This document shows, piece after piece, positions 11,003 through 20,842 of a stretch of 64,000 nucleotides of DNA; position 1 is the first letter of the stretch; each line of letters opens with the position of its first letter. The notes below the pieces were generated by a model, which saw only the letters and a list, made by a program, of their open reading frames with translations, was not told the DNA's origin and did no database searches. Position numbers and translations under genes: made by a program. The stretch comes from an uncultured Candidatus Binatia bacterium (lineage in GTDB: Bacteria; Desulfobacterota; Binatia; UBA9968; JAJDTQ01): contig OZ219754.1 of assembly GCA_964291295.2 (NCBI GenBank), positions 2,560,001 through 2,624,000 of the forward strand, in the 5' to 3' direction.

Positions 11003-12471
11003 TCAGGCATCTCCTTCCTTGGCGGGCCGCCGTCCGCCACCACCCAGGCGGCCATGAAGTCGCGGACCCGCATCGGTTCCAGGGACTCCCGGCCGGCGCA
11101 GGCGGCGCGGATGATGCGGCACTGGTCCTCGGGGAGGTGCGCGGCGATGTGCCGCTCGAACTTCTCCCGCAAGAGCGGCAGACCCTCGCCGCGCCGCCGC
11201 CGGTGGCCGATGGGGCAGGAGATCTCCACCCGCGCCGTGGAGGTGCCGTCCCTGAAGTGCACCTGGACCGCGTTGCCGATGGCTCGTTTGTCCGGGTCCA
11301 TGTAGTCGGCGGTGAAGCGCGGGTTCTCCCGCACCTCCATGGTGTCCCGCAATCGGTCGATGCGCGGGTCCCGCGCGGTCTCTTCCTCGTAGTGCCGTGC
11401 GGTGAGCGCACCGTGGATCAGCGGCACCGCCACCATGTACTGCAGGCAATGGTCCCGGTCCGCGGGATTGTCCAGCGGTCCGGTCTTGTCGATGATGCGT
11501 GCGCCGGCTTCCTGGGTCTCGATGACGATGCGCTCGATGTCGTCGAGGCGCTCCCGGACCGCGGGGTGCAGTTCCAGCGCCGCCTCCACCGCGGTCTGGG
11601 CGTGGAACTCCGCAGGAAAGGATATCTTGAACAGCACGTTCTCCATGACGTAGCTGCCGTAGGGCTGGCTCAACGACAACGGCCGCCCCCTGAACAGCAC
11701 GTCGCAACAGCCCCAGCCCTTGGCCGAGAGAGCGGAGGGATAACCCATCTCGCCCCGCAGCGCCATCAGCGCCAGCCACACCCCGCGGCTGGCGGCGTCG
11801 CCGGCCGCCCAGCTCTTGCGCGTTCCGGTGTTGGGGGCATGACGGTAGGTGCGCAGGGCGGCGCCGTCGATCCAGGCGTTGGAAAGGGCGTTCACTACCT
11901 GCTCCCGGGAGCCGCCCAGCATGGCCGCCGCCACCGCGGTGCTGGCCACCCGCACCAGCAGCACGTGGTCCAGCCCCAGGCGGTTGAAGGCGTTCTCCAG
12001 CGCCAGGACCCCCTGGATCTCGTGGGCCTTGATCATGGCCGTGAGCACGTCGCCCATGGTGACGTACCGATCCGCGCGCCGGTCGAGGTAGTCCGCCACC
12101 GCCAGGATGGCGCCGAGGTTGTCGGAGGGATGCCCCCATTCCGCGGCCAGGAAGGTGTCATTGAAATCAAGCCAGCGGATCATGGCGCCGATGTTGAAAG
12201 CGGCCTGCACCGGGTCGAGCTCGTGGGCGGTGCCGGGCACCCGGGCCCCGCCGGGCATCACCGCCCCGGCCACCACCGGCCCCAGCCGTCGGGTGCAGGC
12301 GGGGAAGTCGAGGGCGGCCAGGGCGCAGCCCAGGCTGTCCATGAGGCACAGGCGCGCGGTCTCGCGCGCCTCGTCCGGGAACGGCCCGGTGGAGAGGGCG
12401 TAGGCGGCCATGTCGGAGAGCACCGCGTCGGGTCGGGGCCGCTGGGCGTCGCGCACGGCAGAGTCGGTCAT
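10999..12471 (-). CDS. prpD: 2-methylcitrate dehydratase
   Basis: [51 protein letters not shown]. Confidence 0.96.
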   Translation of the reverse strand: MTDSAVRDAQRPRPDAVLSDMAAYALSTGPFPDEARETARLCLMDSLGCALAALDFPACTRRLGPVVAGAVMPGGARVPGTAHELDPVQAAFNIGAMIRWLDFNDTFLAAEWGHPSDNLGAILAVADYLDRRADRYVTMGDVLTAMIKAHEIQGVLALENAFNRLGLDHVLLVRVASTAVAAAMLGGSREQVVNALSNAWIDGAALRTYRHAPNTGTRKSWAAGDAASRGVWLALMALRGEMGYPSALSAKGWGCCDVLFRGRPLSLSQPYGSYVMENVLFKISFPAEFHAQTAVEAALELHPAVRERLDDIERIVIETQEAGARIIDKTGPLDNPADRDHCLQYMVAVPLIHGALTARHYEEETARDPRIDRLRDTMEVRENPRFTADYMDPDKRAIGNAVQVHFRDGTSTARVEISCPIGHRRRRGEGLPLLREKFERHIAAHLPEDQCRIIRAACAGRESLEPMRVRDFMAAWVVADGGPPRKEMPE

Positions 12472-12495
12472 GGCGGAGGTGCGGCGGGGCGCCGC

Positions 12496-13377
12496 TCATC
12501 CCTTGCGGAACAGGGCGTCCAGCTTCTCCTCGTAGTCATGATAGCCGAGGACGTCGTAGAGCTGTTCGCGGGTCTGCATCCGCTCCGTCAACCCGCTCTG
12601 GGTGCCGTCCTGGCGGATCGTCCGGTAGACATCCATGGCGGTCCGGCTCATGGCCCGAAAGGCCGACAGCGGATAGAGCACCAGGCCCACCCCGGCTTCC
12701 CGGAGTTGGTCCACGCCGAACAGCGGCGTGCGGCCGAACTCGGTCATGTTGGCCAGCACCGGCGCGTCCACGCGGCGGCAGAAGGCGCGGTAGTGTTCGA
12801 GCGTCGGCACGGCTTCCGGAAAGATCATGTCCGCCCCGGCCTCCCGGTAGCGCTGCACCCGTTCCAGCGCGGCCTCCAGGCCCTCGCTGGCCAAGGCATC
12901 GGTGCGGGCCATGATCACGAATCGGTGATCGGTGCGGCCGTCCACCGCCGCCTTGATGCGGTCCACCATCTCGCCGGTGGAGACCAGCTGCTTGTTGGGC
13001 CGGTGGCCGCAGCGCTTGGCCTGGACCTGGTCTTCCATGTGCACCGCCGCGGCCTCGCCGCGGATCATCTCGCGGATGGTGCGTGAGATGTTGAAGGCGG
13101 TGCCCCAGCCGGTGTCGATGTCCACCAGCAGCGGCAACGGGCTCGCCGCGGTGATCCGCCGCACGTCCTCCAGTACGTCGTTCAGGGTGGTGATGCCCAG
13201 GTCCGGCCGGGCGAAGGAAGCGTTGGCCACGCCCGCTCCGGAAAGGTACAGGGCGCGAAACCCCTGCCGCTGGGCCAGCAGCGCGCAATAGGCGTTGATG
13301 GCGCCGGCGATCTGGAGCGGTCGTTCCTCTCCCACGGCTCGCCGGAACCGGGCTCCTGCCGATCTCTCTTCGTCCAT
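12496..13377 (-). CDS. prpB: Methylisocitrate lyase
   Basis: [33 protein letters not shown]. Confidence 0.96.
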   Translation of the reverse strand: MDEERSAGARFRRAVGEERPLQIAGAINAYCALLAQRQGFRALYLSGAGVANASFARPDLGITTLNDVLEDVRRITAASPLPLLVDIDTGWGTAFNISRTIREMIRGEAAAVHMEDQVQAKRCGHRPNKQLVSTGEMVDRIKAAVDGRTDHRFVIMARTDALASEGLEAALERVQRYREAGADMIFPEAVPTLEHYRAFCRRVDAPVLANMTEFGRTPLFGVDQLREAGVGLVLYPLSAFRAMSRTAMDVYRTIRQDGTQSGLTERMQTREQLYDVLGYHDYEEKLDALFRKG

Positions 13378-13525
13378 GTCGTGGTCAACCCCGCGCCACC
13401 AAGGCAACTATCCGATCACGGTGGCCCTGTCAATTCACTGCCGGCGCGCCTGGTTCAGGGGACACAGGGGAGGGGGGCAAGGGACGGGGAGGTGCCGGCC
13501 GGATCAGAAACAGGACAGTGGAGGG

Positions 13526-14167
13526 TCAGAAGTAGGACAGGTCGAGGGCGCCGAGGCGGTTCAGGTGGGTGATGTCGCCCCAGGTTTCCAGTCCCCAGAC
13601 GCCGTCCTGAAAGCTGAAGAGGTTGACGCTGGCGTTCTTGAAGGAGAAGCGCCGGGGTGCGTCCAGCGGGATGGCGAGAGTGTGGCGGAACAGCGCGCTC
13701 AGGACGCCGCCGTGGGCCACCACCATGATGACTTCCCCGGTGTGCCGCCGGGCCAGCTCTTCCAGGCACTGGAGGTTGCGTTCGGTCTGCTGCTGGAAGC
13801 TCTCTCCCGAGGGCACGGCGTGGTCGGCCCCGCCCTTGCGATGTTGCTCGTACTCCACGGGGTAGCGCGCGCGGATCTCGTCGCCGTCAAGCCCCTGGAA
13901 GATGCCGAGGTTGCGCTCGCGCAGGCGCTCGTCGGCGATGACCGGGTGGCCGGTCTTCGCCGCAATGATGCGGGCGGTGTCGAGTGCGCGCCCGAGGTCG
14001 CTGCTGTAGATGGCGGTGCAGCTGTCCGGCCGGAAGCGCTCGGAAAGGGCTTCGGCCTGGGCACGCCCCTTCTCCGTGAGCCCGCTGTCCAGGTGGCCCT
14101 GGCGGCGGCCTTCGATGTTCCAAAGGGTCTCGCCGTGCCGCACCATGATCACGAAGGTCGCCTCCAT
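13526..14167 (-). CDS. Histidine phosphatase (phosphoglycerate mutase-like)
   Basis: RHGET, SSDLGRA, GES, VAHGG. Confidence 0.93.
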   Translation of the reverse strand: MEATFVIMVRHGETLWNIEGRRQGHLDSGLTEKGRAQAEALSERFRPDSCTAIYSSDLGRALDTARIIAAKTGHPVIADERLRERNLGIFQGLDGDEIRARYPVEYEQHRKGGADHAVPSGESFQQQTERNLQCLEELARRHTGEVIMVVAHGGVLSALFRHTLAIPLDAPRRFSFKNASVNLFSFQDGVWGLETWGDITHLNRLGALDLSYF

Positions 14168-14279
14168 GCCGATGATCCTAGCCAATGGACCTTGAAATTT
14201 CTAACCGGATGGGGGATAGGCCACCAGGGAGTATCAACCCGCATCAACCGGATATCGACCATCCCGAAGGAGGAGAGAC

Positions 14280-14714
14280 ATGGAAGCCCAAGTGTTCACC
14301 GTCAGGACGCCCCGCATCACCGGCGGTCGCAGCCACATGCCGCTGGTGCGCACCGATGTCCTCATGAGCGGTCTCAACTACTACGCTCCCGGCAGGAAGA
14401 ACAAGCTTCACACGCATCCCGGCGAGGATCACATGTTCGTCGTGCTGGACGGCGAGGCCACGTTCTTCGACAGGGACGAGAAGCCCACGGTGCTCAGGAA
14501 GGGTGACGGGATTCTGCTGCCGGAAGGCCATTACTACCAGTTCGAGAACAGCGGCGATACGCCGCTGGCGCTGCTGCGCTTCGCCGCCTACAAGTCCGAC
14601 CGCAAGGAGATTCGGCGCGTCGAGGTCTCCGGCGGCACCCGCACCGAGGACGAGATGGACTACGTGTGCGTCGATGGCGACCCGGTCGAAGGGCAGGAGT
14701 GGACGCTGGCCTGA
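14280..14714 (+). CDS. Cupin domain protein
   Basis: LHTHPGEDH..VLDGE...GDGILLP..HY cupin motif; GGAGGAG RBS. Confidence 0.85.
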   Translation: MEAQVFTVRTPRITGGRSHMPLVRTDVLMSGLNYYAPGRKNKLHTHPGEDHMFVVLDGEATFFDRDEKPTVLRKGDGILLPEGHYYQFENSGDTPLALLRFAAYKSDRKEIRRVEVSGGTRTEDEMDYVCVDGDPVEGQEWTLA

Positions 14715-14861
14715 TCGGGTCGTCCGGTCGGGGCGCGTCGCGTCGAGGTTCCCCGAAGGGGGCGGTTCGGCAAGATGCAGGGTCCGAAATGAATGGACTT
14801 GGTGGACGGGCTTGGTGCCGACGCCGGCCGGTACGAATCCAGCAGGATCCGCAGGATCGGG

Positions 14862-14937
14862 TGGTGAGCCGTGCCGGGATCGAACCGGCGACCCTCTGCT
14901 TAAAAGGCAGATGCTCTACCTGCTGAGCTAACGGCTC
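14862..14937 (-). tRNA. tRNA-Lys(TTT)
   Basis: Reverse complement GAGCCGTTAGCTCAGCAGGTAGAGCATCTGCCTTTTAAGCAGAGGGTCGCCGGTTCGATCCCGGCACGGCTCACCA; cloverleaf with encoded CCA. Confidence 0.97.
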
Positions 14938-15203
14938 GCGCGCGGGAAGGCGGGAACGGCGACGGCGTAACAGCGAGGCTGGAACCGCGCCGCGGGACCA
15001 GCCGCTGAATCCAGCCACGTGGTTCATGCAATCTACCAGAGGGGCGCGCCGGCGGGCAAGCCGGATGCGCCGGGCGTCTACTCGTCGCATCGTCCCCGAT
15101 GCGTCAGGGAGGTTCCTTGCCGTCCGGGCCTCGCACCTGCACCGCGCAGGTGTCCCGTGTTGGCAAGCGGCCGGTGTTCGCGAGACCGAGAGGAGGGCTG
15201 CCG

Positions 15204-16292
15204 ATGCTGTTGATCACCGATGCCGACGTGAAGCAGGTGCTTCGGGTGGAGGATATCATCGACGACATGGAGCGGGCCTTTGCCGAAGAGGCGAGGGGCA
15301 TCGCCGTCAACCGGCCCCGGACCCGGTACAAGGTGCCCCCGGACCGGGACGCCGATGGCTACATGGCCAATATCATCCCGGGCGCGGTGCCGAGTTCCGG
15401 GGTGGCGGCGCTCCGCTACGACTCCATCGTCGTGCGCGAGCGGGTCGTGGACGGCCTCAAGCGCATGGACTACCCGTACCCCGCCCGCCGGAGCTGGGGC
15501 TTCGTACTGCTGTTCAGCCTTGAGGACGCTCAACCGCTGGCCCTCATCCACGACTTCAGCCTCTCCTCGATCCGGGTCGGCGCCACCACCGGCGTGGCCA
15601 CCCGCGCGCTGTCCCGGCCGGACAGCCGGGTGGTGGGGCTGTTCGGCTCGGGCAACGAAGCCGAGCAGAACCTGGCCGCCATCTGCGCGGTGCGGGACGT
15701 GCGGGAGGTGCGCGTGTACAGCGTGACCCGGGAGCACCGGGAACGGTTCGCCATGGAGATGACCGGCAAGCTGGACGTCCGGGTGCGTGCGGTGGACAAT
15801 GCCCGGGCAGTGGTTGAGGGCGCGGACATCGTCATGTGCGCCACCAACGCCAGCACGCCGGTATTCCAGGGCGAATGGCTGGAACCCGGCCAGTTCGTCA
15901 CCACCATCGTCAACAGCGACGGGGTCCACCGGCGCACCGAGGCGGACGCCGCCACCTTCCTTCGGGCCGACCTGATCGTGCTCAACAACCGGGAGACCGC
16001 CCTCACCAACCAGCAGCGGGAGATGCTCGATCTCATCGACGAAGGGAAGATCGGCTGGGACGGTATCTGCGAACTGGGCCAGGTGCTGATCGGCGAGAAC
16101 CCCGGACGCAGGAACAGCGACGACATCATCTACTACAAGAGCAACACCGGCGTCGGCATCCAGTTCGCCGCCGCCGGCGCGGTGATCCACGAAGAGTGCA
16201 AAAAGAGAGGACTCGGCCGCGAACTGCCCACCGAGTGGTTCGGCGCCGACCTGAGCGAATGGCTGGACAAGGGCTACTCGCCATCCCCGTAG
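15204..16292 (+). CDS. Ornithine cyclodeaminase/mu-crystallin family protein (paralogue 2)
   Basis: IRVGATTG, GLFGSGNEA, ADIVMCATN, YKSNTGVGIQFAA; GGAGG RBS. Confidence 0.9.
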   Translation: MLLITDADVKQVLRVEDIIDDMERAFAEEARGIAVNRPRTRYKVPPDRDADGYMANIIPGAVPSSGVAALRYDSIVVRERVVDGLKRMDYPYPARRSWGFVLLFSLEDAQPLALIHDFSLSSIRVGATTGVATRALSRPDSRVVGLFGSGNEAEQNLAAICAVRDVREVRVYSVTREHRERFAMEMTGKLDVRVRAVDNARAVVEGADIVMCATNASTPVFQGEWLEPGQFVTTIVNSDGVHRRTEADAATFLRADLIVLNNRETALTNQQREMLDLIDEGKIGWDGICELGQVLIGENPGRRNSDDIIYYKSNTGVGIQFAAAGAVIHEECKKRGLGRELPTEWFGADLSEWLDKGYSPSP

Positions 16293-16380
16293 GGCGGGGC
16301 TGTAGCGCTTGGCCAGCGAACGGGCCGCGGCTGCGGGAGGTGGGGGGAGTTTGTCATGTGATCGTCGATTCCAGCACTTG

Positions 16381-16613
16381 GTGCGGCGCTGGTTACGTGG
16401 AGGTGGGTTCGAATCTGGGCACTGTGGTGTCCACGGTCTCGGGCGAGGGCTCGACACGGCTCTTTCAGTCGCCCACGACCCGCGGCTTTCCCTCCGCGTC
16501 GAGAACGATTGAATTGGAAATTCCGGTCAACGCCGCCTCGCCCGTCTCCTCTGCCCGTGATGTGTAGAACGGAAATCCGCGACCAAGCCGTTCCGGATCG
16601 TGGCGATTTCGAG
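16381..16613 (-). pseudogene. Decayed C-terminal fragment of an AddA-like UvrD helicase/PD-(D/E)XK nuclease
   Basis: Across two frameshifts it reads LEIATIRNGLVADF/PFYTSRAEETGEAALTGISNSIVLDAEGKPRVVGD*KSRVEPSPETVD/HHSAQIRTHL. This resembles the RecB-type G..D...vvDWKS...y..Q...Y nuclease pattern, with W changed to stop at 16465. Confidence 0.55.
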
Positions 16614-16639
16614 GAGCTACCCTGCCCGAATGACGCGTC

Positions 16640-19600
16640 CTATTGGAGGGCGAGTATCTCCCGCGCTCGGACGCGATCGAGTTGAGCGTGTGCAAATTGA
16701 TTGCGGTAGCTCCGGAGGCACCCGTAGCAACTGGAGTCGCAGCCGCAATTGCCCTGGACGCGCTCTCTTGCAGCACGAATGACTTTCTCGAAGACCTCCG
16801 GCTGTTCAAGCTGCGCCACCAGCCCGGCACCACCTGGCACATTGTCGTAAAGTACAATCGCCGACTCTCCGGGCTGGTCGCCGCCGGTTATGGTGACGTT
16901 CAGATCGGTATCCGGCACTTCCAGCGTGTCCGCCGCGCCCTGCAGGATCGCGTAAGCGACCGAATACGCCTCCCACTCGCCATCGACCCTCGGAAACTGA
17001 AGGCGTACGACGTCGGTGGCCAGTTCGTGGCCGAGAGAGAATCGCTCCAGGGTTCCGTAGCAGTCCGAGTTCGAGGGCGACTTGTGGCTGGCCTGCGGCT
17101 CCACCATGTGTGCGCCGCAGGAACGGCAGATGTAAAAGCCTTTCCTGTTTCGGCCCTCACACAGGATAATGAGTACTCCGGGAACCGCCCTCGTCACCTG
17201 TATTACGTCCAGCATGGTCCTGCTCTCGGGTTGTGCGTCAGCGTCGAAACCGCGGAAGAAGGGTCGCGTCGTGTACAGGCGCTGCGCGCGCCCACCCGGC
17301 TCGGAGGGTTTCTTGAACGGAGCCACAAAGCCGAACTCGGGAATGAGGTATTTCGGTTCGTCCGATGGTGCGTCGGTGGCGCCCTCGTTCCATTGACTGA
17401 AGTTACGTGCATCGTCATATTGATAATGACGTACGGGCCATGCCTTGCCCGCGACCACCTTGACGCCGCAGGATTCCCATTCGAGCTTGTTGGCAATCAC
17501 CTTGCTACCGGGAGCGTACTCTGCGATCGCTTGCGACAGATCTCGCTGGAGCGAGACGCCGGTCGATTGGCCATCAGTGGGGCGGATATCGAGTTCAACG
17601 ACATCCACCGGAAATCCGTATTTCGGAATGACGGCCTTTCGGGAGAGGAAGTTGAGCGTCCGTTCCTCCGCGATGGTCTTAATGCGCCTGCCAATGCGCT
17701 CGACCATACGATCTTTGCCTTGCTTGAAGTATTCCCGGCGTAGAGTCTCCATCGCAATAAAGTCCGCGCTCACTTCCTGCTCTGCGAGAGCAAGGCGGCT
17801 GTCTTTGCCAGCGATCTTCACAACCCAGGCATCGTCGCCGAGACCGACCCGCTCGTGCATGTTCTCCGGGGCGATGCAGCGTATCGTTTCTTTCAACTGG
17901 TTGTTGCTTTCGCAAAAGCTGAACAGATCGGTTGTCGCCTTAGGCGCGTGCCAGTCGCCGACAAAGGTATCGACCTTCTGGAATCTGCCCCGGTCTCTCT
18001 TGAAGAATTCGGACAAGGCGACGGCAGCCATATGGCGCAGAACGATCTTTTCGTTCGTCATATGCAGGCGCGGAGGATGAATGGCACCGGCTATTATTCG
18101 GTCGACGGGATTTTCGTAGTGATATAGGTCGTGAGGATTGCGGCGGCAATAAGTCAACACTAAGCCAGGCGTTTCTCGCCGGCCGGCGCGCCCGGCGCGC
18201 TGAGCGTAGTTGAATGCTTCCGGAGGGACATTGCGGAGAAATACCAAATCCAGATCGCCAAGGTCTACGCCGACCTCGAACGTGGTGGAGGAACTCAGAA
18301 GGTGGATGCCGCCGTGCTTGAAGCGCTCTTGCCTCCGGCGCGCTTCCTCGGCATCGATCTGCGCTGTATGTTCTTCGGCACGCAGTTCCGGCGGCAGCAA
18401 GGGGCTTTTATAGAGCATTCCATAGTGATTGTCGGCGAGGCGTTGTTGCTGGACTGGTGCGAGGGTACCGGGGCAGCGGTATCTCGGGCAAACGCCTCGA
18501 ACGTTGTGGCTGCTTACGGTTGCACAGGTGTCACATTCCCATAAGTCGACGAAATTGGCAGGCTTGATGCGAAGCCAACAGGAACTGAGCCGGAACGTGC
18601 CGTTTCCCTTTGCAGGCACCAGCAGGGGGTCGCGGTTACGTTCGCGCACTGCTCGCCATACCTCTTTCATCAGTTCTATCGACGCCGACTGTTTGCAGTC
18701 CCCGGACAGGTCGCTGTCCACGAGTAATCGGCGAAGGAAATGCGTCACGATGGCGGATTGCGGGCCACCCCATTGTCGGATACCGCGCCGCCCGCCCGGC
18801 GGCGCAATGCTGAATGCCTCCTGGCGCCGAGGAGAGATATCGTTCCATGCTGGCGTTCCGGCACCTTCGGGCAGATTGATGGCGCGGCTCGGGCGCATTT
18901 CATCCAGCAGGTAGCCGACCAGAACGCGTGCCTCGATTTCGGTGAGGTTCCATGGCGGTCGCCGAACCGCGTCCGGCAAACGCAAGTCCCGGGGCAATGC
19001 GACGAACCATCTGACCAGCCCGACGCCGGCAAGGGACAGCCTCTTCTCCTCGGTCATCGCCTCGCGCAGGATGGGAGTGAGCACTCGGCGGATTCGCTGC
19101 TCCCGAGTGTCCGCTTCACCGAACAGCCCGGCCGCGTCCCACTCCCGGAGCAAACGGTTTCGGAGGTCGTCGATCGACAGTCCTTCCTCGGCTACTGGTT
19201 CGGACATGGCCCTGAGAATGAGATTCCGGTCGCGCAGCTTCCCGTAAGAATCCTCGGCGTACCAAGCGAAGAAAGCGGCCTCCTGTCGGCTGTCGGCGAA
19301 AGTAAGGATCTTGCGTCGACCTTTTGGCAAGCGTTCGTGAAGGGCGGTCGCGATTACGGCATTCGGTCCGTCCGATCCATGCACGATTTCCTGAACGGGG
19401 TCGCGGACCCCGTTGTGCCCGTAGTCGCAGGCTACGCACTGCTTCAGTTGGTCCGAATTCTGTTCGTGTGAATCGCACTTCTTCACGGGTATCGCTGCAC
19501 GGCAGCCGCAGCTAGGCGCCGACCTCGACAGAGTGCCGCAGCGTTTGCACAGCCATTGGTCTCCGTCCTCCGCCGGCAGGTAGTAGTCGACACCGAATCC

Positions 19601-20842
19601 CGTTTGGCTTGGATCGCGGACGGCTTCCTTTAGCTTTCCCCCATGCTCACGACCGACGTAGTAGTGTTGGCCACATTCGCGACAGAGTGCGATTTCAAGC
19701 GGTTCGCCAGCGGCGCCCTCTCCGCCCTCGCGCTTGCGATTGAGCACCACGGTATCGGCACCGTCTCGATGTACGAGGAAGGCGCCTTCGAGCGCGCGGA
19801 GAAAGGCGTGGTAGCGCCGGGGACGTCCGTCGCTATCGGTTTGAGATTTCCCAAGTATTATGGAAGACGGTGAGAAGCATTCTCCGAAAAGTTCTCCAGC
19901 AAACTCGGCCACCTCTTTCTTGTCTTCGCCGCCCTGGCTGGAGGTAATGGTCGCGCTGGTGGCGATGCATCGGAACGAACCGAGTCTTCCCCCGTCACGT
20001 AGGCGCTGCTTGAGGCGTCGGATCAGCATCCCCATCTCCATGCCCTTGGCGCCGCGATACTGATGCGCCTCATCGAGGACGATGAACTGCCAATGCGTAC
20101 CTTTTCCGGCGTCGAACAGGGGGCTGTCGTCGGGACGGATCAGCAGGTACTCCAGCATTGAGTAGTTGGTCAACAGGATGTGTGGGGGTGACTCCCGCAT
20201 CTCGTCGCGAAAGACGAACTCCCCGGGCAAGCGGTCCTCAGCGCGCGCGGCGGCGTTTCGCCATCCGTCCCTGGCGTTTTCCGGCGTCTGGCCGATGTAC
20301 TGCCCGAATGTCGGCTCGAAATCGGACCCTGCGGCCCGCAAATTACCGCAGATTTCGCCTAGCCGCTCGCGCTGGTCGTTTGCCAGCGCGTTCATGGGGT
20401 ACAAGATCATCGCCCGCACGCCCGGCTTTTCGATCTCTCCGGCGAGATGCTGGCGATAGAGTTCAAACAGGATCGGGTAGAGGAAGCTCTCGGTCTTGCC
20501 GCTGGCGGTGCCGGTTGCAACGACGACGTTGAGTTCATCGATATGCGTGGCGCGGATGGCGCGTTCCTGATGCGTGTACAGCGGGCGATCAAGCAGTGCG
20601 GGCAACAGCCCCTCGGCTCCATCCGGGAAACATTCGGCGGCCAGCATGTGTGCATGCAGTCCTCTCGCGAACTCGCGCTGGGGTTCGGGAAAGGGCCCCT
20701 TCAGAAGGCTTCCTTCCTCACCCAGGGCTTTCTGGAAGGAGTCCCGCAAGAGAGGTTCCTTGAAGAAGAACGAAGTCTTCAGGTAATTCTCGTAGCTCTG
20801 CCGTATTCTCTCGGGCCAATCCTGTATGTCGATATCAGGCAT
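16640..20842 (-). CDS. SF2 DEAH-box helicase with Zn-finger motifs and C-terminal DUF1998 (DruE/DrmA+DrmB-like)
   Basis: [90 protein letters not shown]. Confidence 0.93.
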   Translation of the reverse strand: MPDIDIQDWPERIRQSYENYLKTSFFFKEPLLRDSFQKALGEEGSLLKGPFPEPQREFARGLHAHMLAAECFPDGAEGLLPALLDRPLYTHQERAIRATHIDELNVVVATGTASGKTESFLYPILFELYRQHLAGEIEKPGVRAMILYPMNALANDQRERLGEICGNLRAAGSDFEPTFGQYIGQTPENARDGWRNAAARAEDRLPGEFVFRDEMRESPPHILLTNYSMLEYLLIRPDDSPLFDAGKGTHWQFIVLDEAHQYRGAKGMEMGMLIRRLKQRLRDGGRLGSFRCIATSATITSSQGGEDKKEVAEFAGELFGECFSPSSIILGKSQTDSDGRPRRYHAFLRALEGAFLVHRDGADTVVLNRKREGGEGAAGEPLEIALCRECGQHYYVGREHGGKLKEAVRDPSQTGFGVDYYLPAEDGDQWLCKRCGTLSRSAPSCGCRAAIPVKKCDSHEQNSDQLKQCVACDYGHNGVRDPVQEIVHGSDGPNAVIATALHERLPKGRRKILTFADSRQEAAFFAWYAEDSYGKLRDRNLILRAMSEPVAEEGLSIDDLRNRLLREWDAAGLFGEADTREQRIRRVLTPILREAMTEEKRLSLAGVGLVRWFVALPRDLRLPDAVRRPPWNLTEIEARVLVGYLLDEMRPSRAINLPEGAGTPAWNDISPRRQEAFSIAPPGGRRGIRQWGGPQSAIVTHFLRRLLVDSDLSGDCKQSASIELMKEVWRAVRERNRDPLLVPAKGNGTFRLSSCWLRIKPANFVDLWECDTCATVSSHNVRGVCPRYRCPGTLAPVQQQRLADNHYGMLYKSPLLPPELRAEEHTAQIDAEEARRRQERFKHGGIHLLSSSTTFEVGVDLGDLDLVFLRNVPPEAFNYAQRAGRAGRRETPGLVLTYCRRNPHDLYHYENPVDRIIAGAIHPPRLHMTNEKIVLRHMAAVALSEFFKRDRGRFQKVDTFVGDWHAPKATTDLFSFCESNNQLKETIRCIAPENMHERVGLGDDAWVVKIAGKDSRLALAEQEVSADFIAMETLRREYFKQGKDRMVERIGRRIKTIAEERTLNFLSRKAVIPKYGFPVDVVELDIRPTDGQSTGVSLQRDLSQAIAEYAPGSKVIANKLEWESCGVKVVAGKAWPVRHYQYDDARNFSQWNEGATDAPSDEPKYLIPEFGFVAPFKKPSEPGGRAQRLYTTRPFFRGFDADAQPESRTMLDVIQVTRAVPGVLIILCEGRNRKGFYICRSCGAHMVEPQASHKSPSNSDCYGTLERFSLGHELATDVVRLQFPRVDGEWEAYSVAYAILQGAADTLEVPDTDLNVTITGGDQPGESAIVLYDNVPGGAGLVAQLEQPEVFEKVIRAARERVQGNCGCDSSCYGCLRSYRNQFAHAQLDRVRAREILALQ

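Noticed and set aside
16403-16425. GGTTCGAATC resembling a tRNA T-loop or att remnant at the island edge
   Set aside because: No T-stem or acceptor pairing, no match to the 3' ends of the window's tRNAs, and it falls inside the nuclease remnant.
16640-20842. Calling the helicase locus DISARM or canonical Druantia
   Set aside because: No methyltransferase, SNF2 or PLD genes are present, and the partner cannot be matched to DruH by eye. It is kept as 'Druantia-like'.
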